From contig NIVC01003517.1 in NCBI GenBank assembly GCA_002269645.1, positions 62,001-126,000 of the forward strand: a stretch of DNA of 64,000 nucleotides, given 5' to 3'. This DNA is from Macrostomum lignano (lineage: Eukaryota). The notes beneath the pieces were generated by a model. The model did not search any database and was not told where the DNA came from. It worked only from the letters and a program-made list of their open reading frames with translations. Below are positions 1-10,400 of this stretch, piece by piece. Each line of letters begins with the position of its first letter. Position 1 is the first letter of the stretch. The position numbers were made by a program, and so were the translations under genes.

Positions 1-843
1 CACTGTGGTCTCCTGTAATCCTTTCCTTTGCAACATTGCTCACATGCCTTCGCAAAATGTTCGATGTCCTTGTCAATATTGCTCCACCAAACAGACTGTC
101 GGGCAAACGACTTCATGGATTCTTTGCCCATATGTCCCTTGTGAAGCTCCTCAAGCACGCTCTTGCGCAGGCTTGGCGGGATCACCAAACGATTTCCCTT
201 AAAGATTAGGCCATTATCTATGACCAAGTCGTTCCGTACTATGGCATACTGTTGCAGTGGACCCCTGGTAGATCTTTTCCATCCGTGGAGTACTTGTTTG
301 AAAAGCTGCTTCATTACTGGATCTCGCTTCGACTGTTCGCGAATGACGTCCTTTGACACGGGTGGATCGCTGGTACAGTCTTGCATTGCGTCGACTTCGA
401 AGTGTCCAGCTTCGGATCCGGATGAGGCACAACGCAATAGAGCGTCAGGAACAGTTATCTCGCTCGTGGCCTTGTGTACGATCTCGTAGTTGTACTCCAT
501 CAATGTCACTGCCCAGCGCTGTAATCTTGCTGCCGTTACTGATGAAAGAGTCTTGTTCTGGTGAAAAATGTAATGTAGAGGTTTGTTGTCTGTGACAAGC
601 TTGAATTTCCATCCATGCAGAAACTTATGCAACCGCTTGACTGCCCAGATGACAGCCAGGGCCTCGCATTCGATTTGAGCATAGTTCATCTCTGCCTTGG
701 ATAGACTCTTAGAGACATAAAGCACTGGTCTGCCTCTCTGCTCCAGCACCGCTCCGATTCCCTGTGGAGATGCATCCGTCGTAAGCGTGACCTCCACCGA
801 TGGATCGAAGGTTGCCAGAACCGAATCCTGTGTTAGGGCATCT
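1..843 (-). pseudogene. Gypsy pol RNase H and integrase zinc-binding region, frameshifted
   Basis: Manual minus-strand translation gives LTTDASPQGIGAVLEQRGRPVLYVSKSLS..., FKLVTDNKPL, RLQRWAVTLMEYNYEI and the HHCC motif, split by frameshifts. Confidence 0.85.
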
Positions 844-844
844 T

Positions 845-1633
845 TTAGTCTTTAAAATGCATGTTTTTATCCCAATGCCATTGTGCGTTGGCTTTTATCA
901 GTTGGTTCAGTGGCGCTCGAATTGTGGACAGGTCCTTTATGAATCTTCCGTAGAATTCTAGCATTCCTAGGAAACTACGTAATTCACTTACATTCTTTGG
1001 ACTTTGGAATCCTTTCATTGACCTTACCTTTTGTGGGTCTGGTCTGATACCCTTGGCACTAACAATAAGGCCTAGTATCTTGACCTCTTCTTGGCAATAC
1101 ACACATTTAGCTTCGTTGAGCTGAAGTCCATTGTTCTTCAGTCTAGCCTTTACGGCTTGCACAGCCTCACCATGCTCGGCCTTTGATGTCGTGAGCATTT
1201 TTCTCAGTGCGTCCGTGTTTGCGATGCCGAATACGAACTGGTCGCGCAGTCGGCTCTCAAGTTCCTGTCCAAACTCGCAATCGTCCGCCGCCGCTCGCAA
1301 CTTGCGCACATATGTAGGAATATCATCCTCGCCCTGCCTGAGCTTTGAGAATTCGAATCTCGCTGCTATTGGAAGCTTCTTGGGCTTAAACTGCTCCAGA
1401 AGGACTTGTTTCAGCTCCTTGAGAGGTATTTCCACCAGCTTCTTCGGCACGATCGCGTCGGTGACCATGTTGAACGCCTCGGTGCCCATCATGGCCAGGA
1501 GTGCATTCTTCTGCCGGTCGTTCTCTTCGGAGATTTCTTGCCAAGCAGCTACTGCCTCGAATTGAAGGAGCCACCGGGTCGCATCGTCTCCTCGCTTCAG
1601 GGGTGCAATGAACTCCCTTGAACTCGTCGCCAT
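845..1633 (-). pseudogene. Gypsy gag fused in frame to the RT C-terminus; protease and RT catalytic core deleted
   Basis: The 262-aa ORF switches from Gag (...ALRKMLTT) to post-YxDD RT sequence (SKAEHGEAVQAVKARLK...) near 1190. No aspartic protease or YxDD motif is present. Confidence 0.85.
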
Positions 1634-1972
1634 TGTTGGAGCTCAGGTCAGCGTTAGGAAGGCGAGGAAAGCAACCGTTTGGCAATGAGTGCTGAAGTAA
1701 TATATATTTGGTGCAGCTCTGGCTTATCATGCCAGTTTGTCTTACTATCGAGCTCTTGGGTTTTCAATTAGGGTCGCAGCCCTTCTATGCACTTCGGCTT
1801 TACTGCCGAAGGCTTTACACAGTCCGAGCCATAGACAAAAAAGGAAGTGTTAATGCCCAAAAGCTTAAGCCACAACAGTCGAAAAATGTAAATAAAAACT
1901 AGACTCATACTTCAATGGTCAAAATCTTTCGTCAAAAATGACGAATTAGAATAGCCGCATTACCTAACGCTT

Positions 1973-3967
1973 TCGCTGGATTTATTTTATGATCCGCAAA
2001 AGGTTTGTGACATCCACACTTATGGGCGTTACCCTCACCCGGGCGGTGATGAAAGGCGGCCCGCAAGGTGGCGTGCTAACTCCACTTCTCTGGAATCTCG
2101 TCATGGACGAACTTCTAACCGCTGACATTCCCAGCAGTATCACCAGGGCGGGCTACGCCGATGACGTTGCCGCGGTCGTCAGCGGACCCGACCCCGCCAC
2201 TCTGCGCAACCTGATGCAGCAATTCGCCGACAAGGCGGCCGACTGGGCTACACAGCATGGCCTAAAAATCAGCGTCACTAAGACTGTCGCTGTCGTTTTC
2301 ACCAAGCGCCGTAAGTGGGAGATGAAAGACCTCACTGTCTATGGCAGAAACATCCCCTTCAAGAAGGAGGTCAAATACCTCGGTGTGACGCTAACGCATG
2401 ACCTGCGCTGGACGAAGCACCTTGATAACGTCATCGGTCGGGCAAAACGCTGCTTTGCCCAGCTGCGCAGAGCCATCGGGCCGACTTGGGGCCTCTCGCC
2501 TAGAACGGTCCGTTGGATTTATACCGGCATCATCCGGCCCAGTATCACATACGCGAGTCTCATCTGGACTAGCGTGCTGGAGCAGAAGGCCGCCCGTCAG
2601 CGGCTGTACCAGCTTCAGGGCAGCATTTGCCGTGCCATCACAGGTGCGTACCCGTCCACCCCTTACGAGGGGCTGAACACTATCCTTAACCTACCTCCGC
2701 TTCACCTATTTATTAGGGCGGAGGCTATGAAGTCTGCCTCCCGGCTTATCAGAGATAAAACGTTAAATAACGCGCCCTCTGGCTTTATGCCAATGAAAAC
2801 ATTAATCCCGCATATGGACTTTGTCCGCCGCGACCTTAACAACATCCACATGGACCTGGGCAATGTGGATAGTCGACCTCCCGCCCTCAACATCAGGAGG
2901 GGCTTCAAGACCGCCATCCCTGGCCGAGACAACATTCCGCTGGATGTCGGTGTGAACCGGCGCAGCCAGGGCATTCACTGCTTCACCGACGGCTCGCTGT
3001 TCAACGGCCGCGCTGGAGCGGGTATTGCCATTTTCCACGAGGGTAAGATGCTTCTCCAGGAAAGTCTGCACCTCGGTGAGAACACCTCAGTTTTCCAAGC
3101 TGAAATTTGCGCCATTGAGCAGTGTGCCCAGCAACTGTTTCAGGCGAACATTAATAATTTTGACATTAATTTCTACACTGATAGCCAAGCTGCTATTAAG
3201 GCCTTAACCACTGAGAATATCTCCGCTGCTACAGTATCTCAATGCCACCGCAGTGTGCAATCTCTCTCAGTCCTTAACAGGATTAGAATTATCTGGACAC
3301 CTGGTCACAGCAACATCCTGGGCAACGAGCTCGCGGACTCTCTCGCCAAGGAGGGCAGCAACCCAGACGGCAACCACCGTCTGATGAGGCTACCCACCCC
3401 CAGGTCGCAAGTCACCCGCCATATCAACAGGTGGCTCCATCAGCAGCACCAGCTCCACTGGAACAGCTGCACCGAGTACAGGCAGAGCCGCTCTGCCATG
3501 CCTAACCTGAACAGGAAAGTCTCTGATTATCTGATTTCGCTTAACAGAACCGACCTCAGGGAGATGTGCATGGTCCTAACCGGCCACGGATTCTTCCAGA
3601 GACATATATCGTTGCAAACCGGTTGCCCTCCCACCTGTCCCTTCTGTGGCATAGGAGAGGAGACCGCGGAGCATCACGTCACCTTCTGCCCTTACTTCAA
3701 CAAGGCGCGGCACAAATACCTCGGCCACCCCCAGCGGATGGACGAGCTGACCACCGCGGACAATATCCGAGACCTCCGCGCCTTCGTCCGGGACTCCGGC
3801 CGGATGAGGGTCGCCGATGCCTCCACTGCGGACCTGCCGACTACTGGCGGGGACTGGGCGCACCCCCAAGGCTAATCCTTGTGCTCTTTTACCTTGGGGT
3901 TGCGATAGGGGCCTCGCGGCCTATTCGCGGCGCCTGCGCCCCCCGTCAGTAGTAAGTAGTAAGTAAG
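1973..3967 (+). mobile_element. 5'-truncated non-LTR retrotransposon with RNase H (I/Loa/R1-type group)
   Basis: A 12-bp TSD TACCTAACGCTT lies at 1961-1972 and 3968-3979. The element ends in a (TAG/TAAG)n tail and contains an RT-RNase H-CCHC ORF. Confidence 0.92.
1989..3875 (+). CDS. Non-LTR ORF2 fragment: reverse transcriptase, RNase H and C-terminal zinc knuckle
   Basis: Motifs: [23 protein letters not shown]; RNase [34 protein letters not shown]; C-terminal CPFC..H..C. The endonuclease is missing, so the ATG at 1989 is probably not the native start. Confidence 0.9.
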   Translation: MIRKRFVTSTLMGVTLTRAVMKGGPQGGVLTPLLWNLVMDELLTADIPSSITRAGYADDVAAVVSGPDPATLRNLMQQFADKAADWATQHGLKISVTKTVAVVFTKRRKWEMKDLTVYGRNIPFKKEVKYLGVTLTHDLRWTKHLDNVIGRAKRCFAQLRRAIGPTWGLSPRTVRWIYTGIIRPSITYASLIWTSVLEQKAARQRLYQLQGSICRAITGAYPSTPYEGLNTILNLPPLHLFIRAEAMKSASRLIRDKTLNNAPSGFMPMKTLIPHMDFVRRDLNNIHMDLGNVDSRPPALNIRRGFKTAIPGRDNIPLDVGVNRRSQGIHCFTDGSLFNGRAGAGIAIFHEGKMLLQESLHLGENTSVFQAEICAIEQCAQQLFQANINNFDINFYTDSQAAIKALTTENISAATVSQCHRSVQSLSVLNRIRIIWTPGHSNILGNELADSLAKEGSNPDGNHRLMRLPTPRSQVTRHINRWLHQQHQLHWNSCTEYRQSRSAMPNLNRKVSDYLISLNRTDLREMCMVLTGHGFFQRHISLQTGCPPTCPFCGIGEETAEHHVTFCPYFNKARHKYLGHPQRMDELTTADNIRDLRAFVRDSGRMRVADASTADLPTTGGDWAHPQG

Positions 3968-4536
3968 TACCTAACGCTTACTACCTATTGCATAGCTGCA
4001 TGTGATCGAAGTTATTTCTCAAATACACTTGAAATAATTATTACTAGCCATAAAACTGAGTAATTAACATATGCATACAGCTAAAGTAACGCTTTCTGCT
4101 ATGTCAGTTGTATTATTAGAGATAGCCCTTGGTGCTTTTCCAAACAACCGTATCTTGGCGAACCCGCATTTGTTGCAACGCTTTCAAAATTCTAATACGA
4201 CGTGACCCTCCACACACCAGAGTTTTAGAGAGCAGCACCTTGCTGAGACTTTTCAGTCAAAAACATTTTTTCATGCCCGACGGGGAACCGGGGTTGTTTT
4301 CGGTATCAAATTTTAAGAGCGTTTGCTAAATATCTGATTGCGCCAGGTTCGTAATTAGGTCCGATCTGAAAGTCCCAAATTCTAGGAGTAGATTAACCCC
4401 CAAACTGCTGCTAGACTGTTCTCCAACTCCTGTCACACTTCTACATGTACCTAAGAAATTTGCATATAGTTGACCCTGATTCACTTCCGTCATTTCGACG
4501 ATCAGATTCCATCACCCTATTTGTTGCATTTTGATC

Positions 4537-5408
4537 ACACTGCGGTGACACTGCTGTCTCACTGCGGTAACTCTGCTGGTCTCACTGCGGTGACTCTGCT
4601 GTCTCACTGCGGTGACTCTGCTGTCTCACTGCGGTGACTCTGCTGGCTCACTGCGGTAACTCTGCTGTCTCACTGCGGTAACTCTGCTGGTCTCACTGCG
4701 GTGACTCTGCTGTCTCACTGCGGTGACTCTGCTGTCTCACTGCGGTGACTCTGCTGGCTCACTGCGGTAACTCTGCTGTCTCACTGCGTTAACTCTGCTG
4801 TCTCAATGCAGAAACACTGCTGTCTCACTGTGGTAACTCTGCTGTCTCACTGCGGTGACTCTGCTGTCTCACTGCGGTGACTCTGCTGGCTCACTGCGGT
4901 AACTCTGCTGTCTCACTGCGGTAACTCTGCTGTCTCACTGCGGTGACTCTGCTGTCTCAGTGCGGTAACTCTGCTGGTCTCACTGCGGTAACTCTGCTGG
5001 TCTCACTGCGGTGACTCTGCTGTCTCACTGCGGTAACTCTGCTGTCTCACTGCGGTAACTCTGCTGGTCTCACTGCGGTGACTCTGCTGTCTCACTGCGG
5101 TAACTCTGCTGGCTCACTGTGGTAACTCTGCTGGCTCAATGCATAAACACCGCTGTCTCAATGCAGAAACACTGCTGTCTCACTGCGGTAACTCTGCTGT
5201 CTCACTGCGGTGACTCTGCTGTCTCACTGCGGTAACTCTGCTGTCTCACTGCGGTGACTCTGCTGTCTCACTGCGGTAACTCTGCTGTCTCAATGCAGAA
5301 ACACTGCTGTCTCACTGCGGTAACTCTGCTGGCTCAATGCAGAAACACTGCTGTCTCACTGCGGTAACTCTGCTGTCTCACTGCGGTAACTCTGCTGTCT
5401 CACTGTGT
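4537..5408. repeat. 22-bp minisatellite (CTCTGCTGTCTCACTGCGGTAA), about 39 units
   Basis: Tandem units are directly visible, with recurring variants (GTGA/GTAA, GGTCTC/GGCTC, AATGCAGAAACAC). Confidence 0.97.
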
Positions 5409-6265
5409 TGTACCGTTGAGCAATCATTTTTGCGAAGAAGAAATGGATACTACGCAATATAATATACTTGTACAATAAGAACCTTTTAGAAAAAATGTCG
5501 AAAACCGTCGTTTGACCAAGGGTTAGGCTTGTGACGCTTCAAAAAAACACACACACTGAATCGATTTTATTGAAAGTTTATTAGTGCAACATGGTAGAGG
5601 AATATTTGCTTGAATATAGCCATTGTGCTGAAGCACAAGAAAAAAACTGGATAAAACTTCATGGGATAAATATAGTTCACACTGGACAGAGAAATTAGCG
5701 GCTAATGACGTTAAGAGAGCCAACCGCTGAACCCATGACAACACAGAATGATAAGCAGAGCGGGGTGAATTAGTACTGAAACCATAAGCTTACCTACAAA
5801 CAGTCCTTATACGAAGTAATAGAACTTTGACAACCTTGAAATTATTAAGTCAAAATTAAAACATAAACAGCATACCACCCGAACTTGCAGTACACACACA
5901 GTAGCAGTTATTACAAACAAAAGGTTTTCACTTTTACTACAATATTTTAGTAACGATTTCAAACTTTATCTTTAAATATTTTCAAAAGGTCATTCTATGA
6001 ACTCGGTGGTGAGCAATAAATGGGTGAATTAAAGATATAGTAGAAAAAACTACTCATGCCAGACTCGACTGCTGTCACTGTTCGGTCAATTGGTTGTTGG
6101 CCGTCCCAAACTTATTTTAAACCTCAAAATACTGCAGTCTGAGAGAACTACCCAATTAGGAATTAGTTCCGGAAAGCATAAATGCTATTATTAGTAATAG
6201 CTAATATAGTTTATAACCTATTAACTAATGACTAAGCGTAGGGTCTTGAATATTTTAGGTCTTTT

Positions 6266-7020
6266 GAATATAGCTTTTTGCAGCCCATATGGGCTTACGC
6301 GCATCGAATTTAATCCAAGATATGTTTGTCAAAGTAATGGAGCTTTTGTCTATGGTAGCAAGGCTGGCACAGCGGCATCTAATTTAGTCCAACAAGCATC
6401 AATTTGGTCCATTCAGTTCATTTGCAGCTCAGTCCCAGAATTGTGGACCATATGCTAGGCTATTGAACGAATGTCATTGGCTTGTGATCGAAGCACTCGA
6501 CGGAGGTGAACACCCAAAGGACATTGCAAGGTTGCTGATTGTAAAATAAAATGTGGTTTACAGCATCCAGCAGCGCCTTGAAACTCTGCCGGCAGAGATT
6601 GCCTGCGAAAGGGTGGCCATCGCCAAGGAAAGTTGCTCGAGAGCCTCAGGTCCAACTGCTACTCGATGCAGTGGAGACGAACCTTTTGTTGACGTTTCAG
6701 AAAATGCAGCAGAAGTTGAGGGAACAGCTCCAGTTGGTTATCAGATTTCGACTATCAGCAGAGCTCTGGAAAAGCAACTGAAAATTTTTGTTAGAGACGC
6801 TGACATTCCAGCGGTGCGCAACAACCTGTAGACGGTTGAGAGAAGGCAAGAGTTTGTCCAATGGCTCACGAGTGTTTGGACCAAATGGATGCTTGTTGGA
6901 CCAAATCAATGCCGCTGCGCCAGCCTTGCTACCATAGACAAAAACTCCGTTACATTGGCAAACGTATCTTGGATCAAATTAAATGCGCGCAAGCCCAAAT
7001 GGGCTGCAAAATGCCATATT
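6266..7020 (+). mobile_element. Non-autonomous Tc1/IS630-like deletion derivative with ~140-bp TIRs
   Basis: 6270-6412 is the reverse complement of ~6873-7015 (e.g. GCAGCCCATATGGGCTTACGCGCA / TGCGCGCAAGCCCAAATGGGCTGC). Broken frames read LVIEALDGGEHPKDIARLL..VYSIQQRL, RKGGHRQGKL, LLLDAVETN..LTFQKMQQKL, ISTISRAL and RNN..TVERRQEFVQWL, matching the Tc1-like HTH and linker. No DDE region is present. The element is absent from the homologous flanks at ~22930 and ~49770. Confidence 0.8.
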
Positions 7021-7481
7021 ATGTGTAACAGTAGTCGCTTGAGTGAAGAGCATAGCATAAGAAATCACTAGAGATTAGAAATAAGTATCCGCATGTATAT
7101 ACAAACAGACAGTAGATAACTGAACGGACAACTGACAGGCACCTCACTCCACACGTATCTATAGCTTTCCTGCTGATTTGCGTCCAAAAACTCGTCCCTC
7201 ACCCCTCGCAGTTGGCGTATAAGATATATATAAATAAACATAAATGCATCTAACATCTAATTTTTCTATTAAAAGTTTGTAGCAACCTGTGGTTTCAACT
7301 AGAAATGTCTCCTCTGCATCTGTTCACTGTCTTAAACTCTGTTGAATCGCAAGTGCTCCTTCGAATCCAACAAGAAACCCATGAAAACAAAAAGCAAAAA
7401 AGATTTTCACTTCTGCATCGCGCTACACGCACAAACCAGTTGTCTGCAGAAAAACAAAGCTAACTACAAGTCACTCACAAG

Positions 7482-10400
7482 TCACTCTGAAAACTCGGAC
7501 GAGACGCACCGTTCGACGCCCTCCGCTCCCTGCAGAGCCCGCGCTGCCTGCTCCGCTCCGAAGACCTCCGACGGAACCCGCGGTCGGCTGCGGTCGCTCG
7601 GGTAGCGACAGTCGTCTACCATGGCGCCCGCCAGGTCGGCAACGTGACCGGCCAGGCTGCTCTGCAAGTCGCTGCCCGAGACGCAGCTCAGATGCTGGCT
7701 CAGCTGGTGGCTGCGCTCGATGGGCTGACCCTGTCTCAGCAGCAATGCCTTCAGTGCCTTCTCGGTAGCCTGCCAGCTGATGTAGCAGGCCCAGTTGTAC
7801 TCTCCGGCCTCAGCCAATCGGGATGCCGAGCGAACGTCGTGCCGCGCCGTCTTCAGGTACCTCGCAGCATCGTCAGGCGACGATCTGACAAAGTTTGCGC
7901 CGCCTGAACTGCAGAAAAAGCTGGCAGAACCGCCGCCTCTCGAACTGCCAGACCGGCCAGGGTAGCGGAAAGCGCAGCCACCGCCGCCGCCGCCACTGCT
8001 CCAGCCTCCTCCTCCGTAGCTTCTTGATCGCATGGTGACGACAACTTCCTCTGCGATGCGAATCTGCCGGTACCTGGTAACCCGAGTTGTCTGCTCGCGC
8101 CATCCACCAATGCACTGATCGAACTGTCGGGTCCATCCATGATTAGCAGCGCGCGTTCGCACCTGGTTGAATGACTCATCCGAGTTCGAGTAGTGAGCCA
8201 GTATGCGCTGAAAAATCTGGCGCTGCTGCTCGGTCGGCAGGGAAGCTGCGCTGCTCAGCAGATGATCCACCGTTGTTGCAACGTCCTCACCATTATTTTG
8301 GTTAGCTTGGGCGAAAGACCGCTCTTCAAAGGAGAACAACGCAGACATTGAAACTCGTAATTTCGAACCTCCACTGATTTCAATAGTAAACTCGCTAGTC
8401 CACGGGTTATCGCTGCCACCAGGGTGTCTTTCCACTACCCGAGCGTAAAAAAGTCCTCCATCGCCATTTCTGTAAGCCACAATTTGGTTCACAATGTCCC
8501 TTGGTCTATCTGGCAGTTGCTTCAGTAGACACTGCTCAAACTCCGGTACAGGTTCACCGAGCACTGAGTCATCGGTTGCGCTTGGCTCTGTAAACTGCTG
8601 CTCACTGGTCTGGTGCAGTGCAATTCCTAGTACGCGCAGAACGGTCAGCATGCTGTCTGGACTGTCCATAAGAAGCACCTGAATCAAATAACTTTTCTGC
8701 TCTGGCAAAATGTTGACACCGTTATTCAAAATCTGCATTATAATTTTGATAAAGTCCATCTGCCAGAGCTGCCTTCGGTCACCGCTCATCTCGTCCGGAA
8801 TCGTAGAGTGATTCATGAGAATCCGCTGCCCATCCAGAAAGAAGTTCTTGTCCTGTTCCGAGTCCTGCTGCTCGACACCATCCAGAAGCAGGCACGTACG
8901 CAACTCGGAAAGACATACAACCGAGAAGTGAGATATCAGAGATTTTACTGCAGCCAGTCGCTCGTCTCCTTTGCCAGAAAGATCCTTGTTTCCATGCAGC
9001 ATGATGCTTACGATGCACAGGTGCAGCACTGGGTGGCTCAACTTAGCTTGCAGACCGAGTAGGGTCTCACAGCTCTCACCATCGCTACACAACTTATTGG
9101 TGTCTGAAAGCAGCCTCTCGCTTACGTTGTCGCTCAGTTTCTTCAGGCCCATGTCGGCTGCGAGATGAAAGTACAGCCTCTGAAGCTTGTCAGTGCCCAG
9201 CTTGCAGAAGCTCAGATCAAGGAACTCTACATCCTGTGCGTCCACCAATCGATTGTTGTGCGCCTCTGAGTCGTTGATGGTCAGACACCTGCAGTCTACC
9301 AGTTCGAAAGCGGCTTCCGTGCTGCTGTCTTGATGCTGGCTTCTTTTAGGCAGGAAGAGCACTCTGTCGGACTGGAACTGGAGCCTGCCGCCCCGCTCCA
9401 GCAGCACTATGATACTCGATAGACAGTGCGAAACTGACTTCAGCTGCTCTGCACGAAGCGAGCCTTGCTGCTCATTCCGAATCAGTTCCAATGCGAGTCG
9501 AAGTTGCTCGATTGTGGCAGACTTTGTAGCTCCCAGTTTTGCAAACAGCTTGCGAAACTGTGAAAATTCTTGAGGACACTCGTAGATGTAAGGCAGAATA
9601 GCAGAGTTTTTATCGTGAGTAATTCTGCTAGCTGATATAAAAAATGATTTACATGTATAGCCTTCGGTTTTGGTTAGCACACACGGAATATCTTTCAGAA
9701 ATTTAATTGACTGAAATGCCGTAAAAAGCATAATGGTACTCAGCCTTGAGTACACGGAATTCATGACATGACTTCTCAGTGCTGCAACTTCGCTTCGAAG
9801 ATCAGCTGACGTGAAGGTCGCTGCAGAGAAAAGGTTGACAACGTGGCGCAGAAAAATGGCATCAGAAACTGGCATCGCTGAGCTTGCAAAGCAGCTGCCC
9901 TGGCCAACACAGCTCGGTCCGTAGGGCACGGCCGTCCAGCAGAGGAAGCGAGCCTCGAACAGGGCGCACTGGGACAGACTCGCCATTCGAAGTCGTTCGC
10001 TCTGACAAAGCCTCTGAAGAGCGCCGTCACTGTTGGCTACAATAAATTGAATTCCTGCCAGTTGTCGGACTACATGTTCGGTTATCTCTTTGCGGAATTT
10101 ATAGCTGTCGATAAACTTGAGCAGAGCTTCCGATTTCTTAGATAATTCATCTGTGATACCACTGGCTCCTTCTGTTTGCAGCTCACTGGCGAAGCTGATG
10201 GCAATTGTGGCCGTGCATTCCAAGATTAGACCGGAAAATTTCATCAGCGTTCTCCATCGCTCTTCATTGTACGGCGTTGGCAAGAAAAATTGTGGCTGAA
10301 GTAGCTTCTGAAAAATGTTTACTCTGCTATCATAAAACGTGTTGACGCTCCGCCATTGTCCGTCAAACGGAATGAGTTTGGCTGTGCTGAGAGACTGACT

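Larger units (their letters stand above)
1..1837 (-). mobile_element. Ty3/Gypsy LTR retrotransposon, internally deleted and frameshifted, running off the left edge
   Basis: The minus strand reads Gag-like N-terminus (WLLQFEAVA...IAARFEFSKLRQGEDDIPTYVRKLRAAADDCEFG...LRDQFVFGI), RT C-terminus (AKCVYCQEEVKILGLIV...PDPQKV...ELRSFLGMLEFYGRFI), RNase H (TDASPQGIGAVLEQ...YAQIECEALAVIWAV) and integrase HHCC (LHKGHMG...WWSNIDKDIEHFAKACEQC). This is the Gypsy domain order. A candidate short 5' LTR at 1738-1837 (TGTCT...AGACA) is tentative. Confidence 0.9.

Noticed and set aside
1715-1737. Primer-binding site of the Gypsy element (TGGCATGATAAGCC on the minus strand)
   Set aside because: It could not be matched to a tRNA 3' end from memory, and the LTR boundary is unconfirmed because the 3' LTR is outside the window.
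4537-5408. Possible CRISPR array (also considered for the 22.2, 44 and 63.5-kb arrays)
   Set aside because: The units are contiguous with no unique spacers, there are no cas genes, and the context is eukaryotic.
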